A stretch of DNA of 64,000 bases from Marsupella aquatica. Its lineage: Eukaryota > Plantae > Marchantiophyta. Position 1 is the stretch's first letter; every line of letters begins with the position of its first letter. A program made the translations under genes and the position numbers. The stretch is taken from NCBI GenBank assembly GCA_973895155.1, contig OZ316893.1, positions 15,282,645-15,346,644 on the forward strand, given 5' to 3'. Below, piece by piece: positions 15,015 to 25,657 of the stretch. The notes below the pieces were generated by a model. It saw only the letters and a program-made list of their open reading frames with translations. It made no database searches and was not told the origin of the DNA.

Positions 15015-15250
15015 TGGGATGCTTGCAATGAACAAAAATGTCGGGGAAAGTCTCCAATGTATCAACAAATAGAAGAAATGAACCATCTGACTTAGCAATC
15101 TTCAATGCTCTAGAGCTTGGCAATCATCCTTGTGTGATAAGTCTCTAAACAAAGATTTTTGGATTTTGTGGAGAAATCATCCGACCAGACCAACTAACAA
15201 GTGTACTCCATTCAATCTGGTAAAGAGTATCTTCCAAATCCGGGTTAGTG
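15015..15250 (-). mobile_element. Degraded LINE ORF2 C-terminal zf-RVT fragment (the element may extend toward about 16.4 kb)
   Basis: Minus frame KIFV*RLITQG*LPSSRALKIAKSDGSFLLFVDTLETFPDIFVHCK aligns by eye to the zf-RVT pattern K.F.WR...LP...C.LC...ET..HIF..C, with several conserved residues decayed. Confidence 0.5.
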
Positions 15251-16692
15251 GATAGAAATCTGAACCCTTGAGTGGAGCATCTTGTAGACGCAATGGTTTG
15301 GGAAGCTCAAAGTTCAGAGGTATAGAGTCCTTATCAAGTCAATGCCACGGCCTACAGTAGCCATAGAATCAAAGGGACTTCCACGTAAACTAGATTGGTG
15401 GATTTGGTGGATAGCCCTAGTGAAGGCAAGGCACCAGGTCTTAACATCAATAGAGATTCCTCTGTAACGCTCTAGCCTCTTATCCATGCCCTTCTCTTCA
15501 TTCTCCCCAGCCGACCAAAAGTCGCAAACAAACCCTGCTCCTAGTCTCCCACATAGCTTTGCTACAACCACTAAGATCTCTAGATAGTCAAAGCCCTGCA
15601 AACACCATAGCAAGTCTTGGACTCCCCAAAGTCCTGGGATAGCTAACACCATAGAAAAAACCAGGTTCTCCCTCTCTTGTTCCCAAGTGGGTCAAATCTG
15701 ACCACTATAAGCAAGTTCCCCCAAAAGAACAGGAAGTACTCGGTAGTATATCATCCTCCAGTGGACACTTGGTACTGGCCAGATATTGATTCACCCAGAA
15801 AAATTCTAAAAATGAGGTGTAAGGGCATAGGGGGCCAGGGGTATACCTTTACCTTGCTGGTATAGGGAAACCTTATACCGGCCCAACACCGGTTGTGACT
15901 CCTCCCAAGCAGTGTTTCAAAGAATCAAAAGGAGGGTTACCCTCCAAGTAAACCCTCTTTGTGAATCTTGCTTTGTATTATCATTGAAGGTTATAAGGGA
16001 TAATCCCCTTGCTAGTCTGGCCAGCAGATTCCCCACTTGAAACCCCTCCTGTCAATTATCCTTTGGAGTTTCTGGACATCACCACAACCCCCTTGCCCAG
16101 CTTCTCAGGATAATCTCATGCAGCCTCACTAAGTCTATGAATTTTAAATTTGTTGTGAAAAAGAGTGTTGGGAGGCTATGCTTGCTAACCCATGGCCTGT
16201 TTGGTGACCATAGCTATAATCTCCCCAGGCTCGCCACACTCACAAAATTGCACCTTACAAGAGCATTCCCACAAGTTGCGCTAAATGCCGCTTGGTAAAT
16301 AGGCAGATGACACACATACAGTCTTAGTGCAACCTTATCCATATGGTGTGAGTGACCCCTTGTTGCCACCAGGACGTTTAGCATGATTGACGAGAATGCA
16401 ATAACCCACTCCAGCCCATGGGTTAGTAAGTTACCCTACAGATACGTACCCACCGTGCAGCAACTTGGGAGGGCGTACAGAATACAGAGTACGTACAAAA
16501 CAAACCCAATTGGCGGGAACCTGTGCCATAGACGACGGAGGGAGCCGCACTCCCGCAGCAGTCCACTACTGCTCTCCTCTCCAAACGGACACACACTGGT
16601 GTCATATAATATGCACGATGCAAGACCAGGCGATGCACTAGACGAGAGGAGAGGAGAGGAGTGGAGAGGAGAGTTCGAAAAACTTACGATCG

Positions 16693-16747
16693 TTAGGGTT
16701 TTAGCGCACGCACTGGAGAGAGGGAGGACGCGCAGCAGCAGGGTTTA
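16693..16747. promoter_or_regulatory. Telo-box motifs upstream of the HD2 gene
   Basis: TTAGGGTTT at 16693-16701 and AGGGTTTA at about 16740-16747, next to a GAGAG-rich tract (16644-16673), about 250-300 bp before the ATG. Confidence 0.6.
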
Positions 16748-16996
16748 GCTCAGAGTCGGACCTGTGTGTGTACCTGTTGCCTCTCTTCTTCATGAGCTTG
16801 CATGTGTAGTGTTGGCGAGGATTGTTGTCCGCCGACTGAAACGAAGCTGTTTGCTAGAAGCTCGAAACGAACGTCGAGAAATCGGGCGGGACACGGAGTA
16901 ACGGCGGTAGTCGCAGGAGGCGAAGCTTGCAGTGAACACGAGGGTTGTTGTCAGCCGGGCCGCACCTCCTACGAAGAGGCGCCTCCTGTTGACCAG

Positions 16997-19900
16997 ATGG
17001 AGTTTTGGGGTAAGCGGGCTTTCTCACGACTGCTGCCAGCTTTTGCTTCGAGCTGTTTGTTCTCCTTCTCTTGCCCTGCGGATGGCCGTGTGCCTGATTG
17101 TCAACCTGGAAAGGTCCGAGAGTGTGTGTGTGAACATTTAATGACAAACATGTGTGGAGTATACTTTTTCTGCGGCATCTCGGAGGGATTTGGGTTGAAG
17201 GAAGGTTTTTAGTGCTCGTGGGAAATGCAGAGACGGAAGGTGTGACGTATACTTCTGCTCGAGATTACCTCCAGTTCTGTGTTTAGAGCGTCCCATACTT
17301 GCGAGTTTGTGCGGGGCTTGTTTACCTGTGCTCCCACTCTCGTCGTCCCTGAGAATGGATGCCGGTGATGCTTTTGTGTACACTTGCATTCTTAGAACTT
17401 GGCTCTTTAACATTTGACGTCGGTATAGCTTGTGGAGGTGACGTTGCCTTTTCTTGCGTATGGCGAGCTTTTACTTCGGCCGGACGTTTGGGCCGGGTGC
17501 CAGTCGTGTTATTTTTCGCTTCTCTCGCAGCAATGCGCTGAATGCAGTGTCTTTCAATGATTCAGGAACAGAGGTTACTCCTCGAAAGCCTCAAGTCAAC
17601 GATCCAGGCGATGACACTTACGTGCATGTGTCTCAGGTAACTTCTGTCTCATGGATTGCTTCCGATTCTTCCAGTCAAGCTTCGACTCTTTGCGCCGCTT
17701 TGGTAGGCATACATTGCAGTCTGTCTACCTCTCTTGTCATTTCATGCGTTGTTACGTTTGAGGGAATGTGAGTAGATCGTGATGACTTTTTGATCACGAA
17801 ATTTATTGAAGAGACATCTTTTACTGCCAGGTCCAAAGAGTAGTATTCATCTGTGGTTGCTTGCAACGCTAGGATAATGGTGTGCGAGATTGAACAGTAG
17901 TGCGTGATTCCTGCTGCTTACTTTGAGCATGGTTGAGTTGAAGAAAATCCGAGTTGGCGTCTTTGCAAATAGTATAAGTGAGGACAGTCTCTGTTGGGTT
18001 TTACTTGAAAGTGACAAACCATAGGGTCGGGATTGGTGCGGGATTGGACGTCTGATTATTGGATTGTTGCTTTGATTTCACAGGCTGCTCTTGGCCCCAG
18101 CAAAGATGGCAAGACAGAGAGGGTTGTAGTTCGTGTTGAATCTGGAGGGAAAAATCTCGTCCTTGGAACCCTATCAAGTGGCAAGGTTGATCAGATGACG
18201 TTGGACTTGATCTTCGATCGTGAATTCAAGCTGTCGCACACCAGTACCTCCTCGAGCGTTTTCTTCTGTGGCTACCGAACTGACAAGCGCCAAGATTATG
18301 ATGATGAGTCTGACGATGAAGGTATTTTATTCGAGTCTGATGAAGGTATTCTAGTCAAGTCTGCTTGGAATAAATCTTGTCGTATTACTCTCCTACTCTT
18401 TAGTTCGATTCTGTAGTGTTTTGTTGTCTCTGAGAAATGGCCAATGACACTTATTTATGACTGTGTATACTATCTCTTCTCAGATGAAGTTGAAGAAGAT
18501 GAGGATGATGACGAGGAAGACGATGAGCCTGTCCCGCAAGCCCTTCCGATTAAGGAGAATGGAACGAATTCGGGTACTCCCCAATCTTCATACTCTCACC
18601 GTCTCCTTAGTTTCTTTTGATTATCAGTGTTGGATAGGTGGTCTAACATGAATTCAGGGCTTGGAGGTTCTGCATTTGTAGTCAAATTTTCGATGTCAAT
18701 TGTAAAGTTTTGTAGGATTTTTGGGCACATTTCCTCTTAAGTGCCTAACGCCATTTTCCTGAAATCATCGGTAGCAAAAGGAGCCAAGGCTGCGAAGAAG
18801 CAACCCAAAGTTATCGAGCAGGTTGTGGAGGCGAAGGCAAAGAAATCAGAAAAGAAAGCAGAGCTTCTTAAGGCTAGTCTTGTAGATGAAGAAGCTGAAG
18901 AAGGGGAAGAGTCTGACGATGATGACGAGGTGCGAATTTGCCTATCTTAGTCTGTTCTAAAGTCGCTGAGGGTCGCACAGATTTTCCATTGCCTTCTCTA
19001 GGCTCTGCAGACGGTTTTCTTTCCCTTGCATAATCTATGATTTTAGTAGAGATGTAGGGGTGTCTGTCGTCGTGATTCAGAGAGCTACGTGGATTTCGTA
19101 CTCGATGGCTGTGGGATTGGGGGTAAACACCAATGGGTGTGACACTAGGTCAGGATAAGCCCACTCCGTTTCGGTCTTCGTATCGAACTGAGGTTTGATG
19201 AGGTATCGAAGTTCAATTTTTTCGTACTTGGGGATTTGTGAGTATAATAAATGAGTAGAGAGGGCTTCTGTAGACTGATGTATATCCGCCTTGCCATAGG
19301 ACGCGGACAAGGCGATGACAATGGATTTTGATCTCGATGACTATGATGAAGAAGATGATAGTGAGTTTGAGGTGTGTTATTATCAAGTGTTTGATCAGGC
19401 CTAAAGTATTCCTGAAAGTCGTCCCTGTCAGTCTTCTAAGAAGTGAGTGCAGGTTTCTATCGCTGCAGTATCTTGCACAGTAGTTGATGCCCGTGTCACT
19501 CAGCTTACCACTCCCTACTATTTTGGTTCTTGGTAGTGCATGTAATCTAATTATCAGCTCCGTGCTGCAGTTAGATGATATGAACGGCAGCGAAGGCGAA
19601 ACTGACGAAGGAGATGAAGATGAATCCGATGATGAAGAAGAGTCTGACGAGGATGACTCCGACGAGGACGACGTGGCAGCGGAGGTAATTCAAGCAGCAG
19701 CTTTTAACTCGTGGACGCACGTGTTTGGGTGAACTTCGGAATCTATCCGCACAGAAGTCTTTGTAGGCGCGAGTCGACTAAAACCTGTCTACTTATAATG
19801 CTGAGGACGATTGGGTATATCGATTGTTGTGCAGCTTGGGAAGAAAAGAGGTTTGCAAGTATCTGCTAAGAAGGCTGGAGGTGATGGAAAGAAGCCTAGA

Positions 19901-21380
19901 TTGGACACACCCGCGAAGCCAGGTTTGTAGAGATGTTTCCTCTTCCATGATCGGTTAGCGAGAGAGAGAGAAATGGGGTATTCGTTTCATCGTGAGATTT
20001 GCAGGAATTCCTTCCTTCATATTGCGTAGGTCGATTGTTTAGAGGTGTTTGGTCACCATTCTTTCTTTGATTTTGATGAATAGCTTTCTAATGATAACTG
20101 TCCCAACTCATCGCTTGTGATGATTAAGATAACAGTAAGTGTGGAAGTAGTGTGCGCTTGCTAGCATTGTGATGATGTATAGAGTATGTCTTCTATAGAT
20201 TATTGGGTCCATCAAGTTTTTGGGATTAAGATAACAGTAATTGTGGAAGTAGTGTGCGCTTGCTAGCATTGTGATGATGTATAGAGTATTTCTTCTATAG
20301 ATTATTGGGTCCATCAAGTTTTTGCACTGGTAGCAGGGGGTCTGACAGCTGCAGAGTACTGGGAAAGCCTCATCGTTGCTGGCGGGAAAGGTATATTCGC
20401 ATTCAGATAGTTTGCGAGTTGCGAAAATGAATACTTGTTCCAGCCTGACTTTGGTCTTGACCTGGAATCTAAATCGTAAGGTGGTTCTCCAACCCTGACT
20501 TTGGTCTTGACCTGGAATGCAAGTCATGAAAATGATTTCTCACAGTTTCTTGCCATGCAGGGCTTATTACCACCCCCGGAAAGAAAGGGGCTAAAGGAGC
20601 TGTAGAAACTAAGGCCACACCAGTATCAACTAAAAATGCCGATTCAAAAGGTTCAGTGTCCAAGACTCCACAAAAGACACCAGGAAAAGAGGCAAAAGTG
20701 AAGGTGGGTATCCTCGAACTCTCCATTGTCGATCTTGAATTGATTTTATCTTTTGCCTTGGCTGTAGGATTGATTCGGCTTAGTGAGTGGTGTACTTCTC
20801 CTGACCTAGGGTCACACCTGTGGTTCTCAGACACCTAAAACTGATAAGAGCATCAGCCCAGGAGCTTTGGACTCAGCGAAGAAGCTTGGAGCCCATACAT
20901 GTGCAGAGTGCAGCAGGTACAAATGGTGGTCTCAACTTCATTTGTCATTTTATTTCATGGGTCTCGCTCCACTAGTAGTTTCCACTTCACCGTAAAATTC
21001 TTTCGATGGTGGTATAGAATACCGACGAGGGTGCAGTGATGAATGAATATATCTCGTTAATCCGAAAGAGCAATCTTGGATGAAGACTTTCCATTCACAT
21101 TTCTGAGCATCTGCCACATCGTGGAGTAATCTTCGGTGTGGATAATAGCAAGATTCAATCCTACCGCCTTTTCTTGGATTCGAGGATGCAGCTCGTTGGC
21201 CAGGGTCAATGTCAGCATTCGTTTTCTTGTATTCGTTGATGCAGCTCGTTGCCCAGGGTCAATGTCAGCATTCCGTAGTTGTTTAAAGAGGAAGATTGAA
21301 CGCGTGTTTTGGTGCTGTCCAGGAATTTCACCACGGAAAGTGCTCTAAGCCAACACGTTGTTGCGAAACACAAAAAGTGA
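16997..21380 (+). CDS. HDT: HD2-type / HD-tuin protein (nucleoplasmin-like N-domain, acidic tract, basic region, C-terminal C2H2 zinc finger), 11 coding exons, about 375 aa
   Basis: Starts with the HD2 signature MEFWG. Exons 16997-17009, 17566-17636, 18084-18321, 18484-18573, 18775-18929, 19300-19371, 19571-19684, 19835-19922, 20561-20703, 20831-20916 and 21323-21380 sum to 1128 nt in frame. Motifs HVSQAALG, LVLGTLS, LDLIFDREFKLSH and SVFFCGY are present, followed by a D/E-rich middle and the C-terminal CAECSRNFTTESALSQHVVAKH. Confidence 0.93.
20122..20324. repeat. Intronic tandem duplication, 102 bp x 2
   Basis: GATTAAGATAACAGTAA...CCATCAAGTTTTTG starting at 20122 and 20224, nearly identical. 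Confidence 0.95.
21031..21110 (+). ncRNA. Intronic box C/D snoRNA, U30/SNORD30-like, guiding 2'-O-methylation of 25S rRNA
   Basis: Terminal stem GTGC (21031-34) / GCAT (21107-10); box C GTGATGA 21036-42; D' CCGA 21062-65; C'-like TGGATGA 21077-83; box D CTGA 21103-06. The guide ATCTCGTTAAT(CC) at 21051-63 is antisense to conserved LSU rRNA GGAUUAACGAGAU (rRNA sequence and U30 assignment recalled from memory). It lies in the last HD2 intron (20917-21322). Confidence 0.85.
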
Positions 21381-23972
21381 ACATTTGCGAGAAATGTAGG
21401 AACTCTGCTGTCCACCCCTGAAGTTGTACATGCAAGCAACATGTATGGTTGCAGTTGAAGTTATCTAAGTGGGGTTCCTATTCAGAGTAAGTGTAGTGTC
21501 ACATGCGAAGAGAGCAATCTCTACACCCTTGTTTACGGTGTCTGCAATGCCGAGCCCTCGCAGATCACTGGCCAGTTTTGCTTCATCACTCCCAAGACTC
21601 TGTCCATGGCTCCCACCCGGTCATGCTGTCAAGAAGTGATTTGAATGAGCCATCACGGGAAGTGGAAGTGGCTACTTGGAAGGGGAATCCGGTATTGGTT
21701 GACTGGCGGAAGTAGCTTCAGTATTTGGTACTTGGTCTGCTCGTGCTGTGATCTGGAACAACTCATCCAATTAGAAAACTTTCACTGAAATTTGCACATT
21801 ACTCTTAGTGGGTGGAAGCACAATCCTCCTCGAAGAGGATATGGAGGTAATGTTCCCATTTCTGAGGCGTAGTGTGAAATCGGGAATTGTCACCTATTTG
21901 GGTAGGCTATCTGTAGCCGATCCAATTTCATCACATGAAAATGTTAACTGCGCATTGCATGTTTCTTACACCTTTTTGTTCCTTCCATGCATTTGGCGTA
22001 CGCGTCAATATAAAATCATTTGCTGTCAGACGTTACCAATTGCAGGTTGTCCATGCGTATTTTTCCGTTAAAACTATTTTTTGTAACTGCACCCTAGTGC
22101 CACTTCGGATGCCTCTGGCTTATGCCAATTTAAACAATATTCTACATCAATTGGAAACAAATTGCGGCTATTAGAATTTATCGAAGCCTGGAAGCTCTTT
22201 GGTGTGTGCATCGGCAAACCTCTACGTAGCGTTGATGTACCCCAAGACCAGAGAAAGATGTAGCATGGGTTGTGTATGCAATTGGGTGGGTATCTTTTGG
22301 GGCATGCATGTCAGTGATCATCAACCTTCATTAGAAAAGTAGGAATGATTAAGGTTTCGATGCAAGTAGAATGACTGCCCCGTAACGAACGAAGACATAG
22401 CCCCATCACCAACTCTTGGTTCAGGTTCATACTTTACTAATTTAGACATAGCACCATATCATCTATATTTACCCATCTCCAAATACTAATTTATTGTGAC
22501 GCAAAAGGCAATTTTACTATTCTCTGGATAGCCTTTTTGGTTGGGTCACAACAAACACAAACTATTATGTTAGTTTTGATTGCAAATATTGTTGTCCAAG
22601 TGTGTGGTAAACATTGCTGACATGGCATAACAACAAGCCATGGATTTTAGAAAAAACATGGTCTAGAGCTTCTATTAGAACTCTAGCTTCTTATCGCCAA
22701 TTGTTACTAAGATTTTGTGCACCAGAGATTAGGCTAGTTGGGGGTGGGGGTAGTTACTCACTTGTCACAAAGGTGAGTTTCATGGTGTTTACAGGCACTG
22801 GGGTGTACATGTATAATTGCATTCCATGGGTAACTGTGGTCCCTAATATTACTATATTTCTTTGTAAATGCACCAATAATTAGTTCGTGGACCCCTACCT
22901 GTTTTGATTGTATGTGAGGTATGTGTTGGACAATATGTGAAATAGATATGCCAGTGGGATCGTTCATTGCTAAAGCAGATGGAATGGAAATAGTTGAATC
23001 GTTGGTGATCGCCAGTCTCTCGGCAATCAGAGCTCTCACTGAGGACTAGAGTGATTTCCTCAAGAGAGACTATTGTTTGTTAGCCATGACTGAGAATTGC
23101 GCTTCTGACTGCCTCTCGTGCGCGGATGAACTTGACCTTCCTCTAAAGAAAGAGAAAAAAAAAGTCAATCTTGCTTTGCACTATTGCGTAGGAGAAACAA
23201 ATAAAGCTTAGATTCGGACTCACTTCAATGGTTATTCAGGTTCGCGCGGAGCATGTAGCATGTCATTCCAGTGCTTTGTTTGTCTCATAGTCGATCGTTC
23301 TTCCTTCTGGACCTGTGCTTATGAGTTCTACTCGTTTTTCTTCTTCCTGCCCCAATTGTCTGTCAGTGATCTCATCTGCTTCTGCTTTTGTTGAGTGTTT
23401 CCCAGGCTCTCCTTTCAAAGCCTTCAGGTACGAGTCTTTCAGGTTCAATTCTTGCGATCCTTCTGTGCTTCCCGATTCTTGTTGTTGGAGACGTCGAGAG
23501 TTCAACTAAGTGCCTTGAGTTCTATCCTTATGAAGTCGCTCGAGTTCCTCTTATCAATTCTCTATTCGGTTTGCCGTCCTTATGGATCCCTCCACGTCTG
23601 AAGATCGTATTTGTGCGCGTCCCATTCATGCATCATTTTCGTTCATGAATAGCACCTTCCTCTAATCCCCCCTCCCATCCTTTTTGTCGACAACACTCTT
23701 TGATTGTCTGTGCTTTGCTCTGTGTTGTTCTCGTCGTCATTTGGAGTAGATTGTATTGCCACTACTGGATTGGGAAAGAGGACATTCTAGGATGGGGAGG
23801 TGTTCGTGTCGACCGTTTTGCTCACTATTGAATCGGTGACCATGTGGGCAGTCGGTTACTAGGGCCCAAGATTTAATTACGGAATTGAAACACAATTCAC
23901 AAAAAAGGGTGGGCAGTTGGTTACTAGGGGTAAATAAAACCAAAGGTGGGCCTACTACTAACTGAACAGCGG

Positions 23973-24170
23973 GTAAATAAAACGGTTATTTTTGAAATAA
24001 ATTTACGTCATCTTTTACGGCATGGTGTTCTTAATTTTATCAAAAATTTGCAGCAAACACGAAAGGTGACATAATTTCATTGTGGAAACCAGTCCTGTTT
24101 GCAACGCGCCATGATGATGTGGCATGCTGTGGAGCCAGGAATTTTGGAAGGGACCTCTAGTGGGGTCCAT
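23973..24170 (+). repeat. Dispersed repeat, copy 2 (twin-hairpin end)
   Basis: Colinear match to 3117-3358. Confidence 0.75.
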
Positions 24171-25657
24171 AAACAACAAATACATATGCTCATTTCCTTC
24201 TAGAAGAGTGCACATGCATTAATCAATTTTTAAACACCACATATGCTAGAAGCATTTATTCATGAGTGCAGTGGATAAACTACACATGGTAGTTTCATGC
24301 ACTTATTGCAGTTGAATCATGCACTCTGTGTATTCAGGGTATAAGGAGTGCAATGCATATGACCTGAAAACACACTTGCAGAAGTGCATATGCTATTTCA
24401 CATGCACTTATGACATAGTGCATAAAGTGGATAAATGTGTCTTCAGGGGGAGCCTGCACTCAGACAAGGGTAGCCTTTACAATTACATTTCTCTTGCATT
24501 ACGGTGCAAGAGAATCATTTTCAAGTTATTCGTGACAAGTGGAGGGAGGGGACATCATTGTTGAGGAAAGCCTCAGAGCGCCAGATTTCCAATGCCCTCA
24601 AATTCGACTGCCGGAGACGATGAGAGAAAGATGTGCCTGTGGCTCCGAATCAAGAGTGCTGCAGGGTTGTCTAGGCGCACCATCCCTCACGAATGCCGTT
24701 GAGAAGATGACATTGCTCGATCCCTTGATGCGAGGGAAGTGTGACCTACGACTGCTGTGAATAACTGTGAAGGTGGCGCCAATTTAGCGATGGAGCTCAT
24801 TAAAGGTTCCGGCAGTTGACGAGAGGCCAGGCGATTTTCCATAGCTGCCGCAGGTCCTCCACCCCGAGCTGAAGGAGGGATTCCCATCTATCGAGAGTCA
24901 AGGTCCATGGATTTGTGAGAACTGATGGCAATTTCGAAAGTTTGGGAGAAAGGGCTTATGCACGAACTTCTTTATTGAATGGCGAAGCGTCATGTCACAA
25001 TTGCAGGTGGCCCCAGTCATTGCCTCTGAAGAGTAAACGGTTCTTGCCCCGGCGTAACGAGGGGTGCATGGAATGTAAACGCTCCGACCGAGGCGCGGGA
25101 GGAGATTGTGTAGGATTCATTCTCCCAGTGCCACAATCGATTTGTTGAAGATTCGCCTGGCCTCGTTTACTTTGTGCGAACACCTGGGAAGGGGTTCTAC
25201 ATGTTTCGGTACATGGCATGTCAAGACCCTGAAACCTCACGAGTTCTTGGATCACTTGGAATTGAGCGGACAAGGCGCTCAGTTTTTAAGACGTGAAGCT
25301 ACCAACCAAGCATTTCCCGGCCTCACTGGCATCTTATCAGTGTAAAATTGCGTCCCCTCGTTGGACTGACAATACCTCGTCTCCTTCAATCAAACAATTG
25401 AGGTGTTTCACCGAGAATCCACTTTTCATATTATTGTCTGGGTACATTCACAGAGTCTCTCTGTGCTTTGTGATGGAGATTGAGAGTGCCAGGCTCTCCT
25501 CACAATAGACCGTTATAGCATGATATTCGGCCATAGCAAAGTCACTACGTCTTCTCGTGATACTTGAAGGCCTCTGTGAGGTAGTGAGGTAGCGAGGTGA
25601 GGTGAGCTGCAGTGAGTCTTATCTGTGAAAATCCATTGATCTCGGAAAAACCTGTTG

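Noticed and set aside
20117-20345. GTGATGA (box C-like) motifs in the 102-bp duplication and CTGA at about 20342
   Set aside because: No convincing terminal stem and no rRNA or snRNA antisense element recognised.
22899-23650. Idea that the in-frame stops are U-to-C editing sites
   Set aside because: Every stop codon is trivially one C>T change from a sense codon, and such editing is organellar while this locus has spliceosomal signals.
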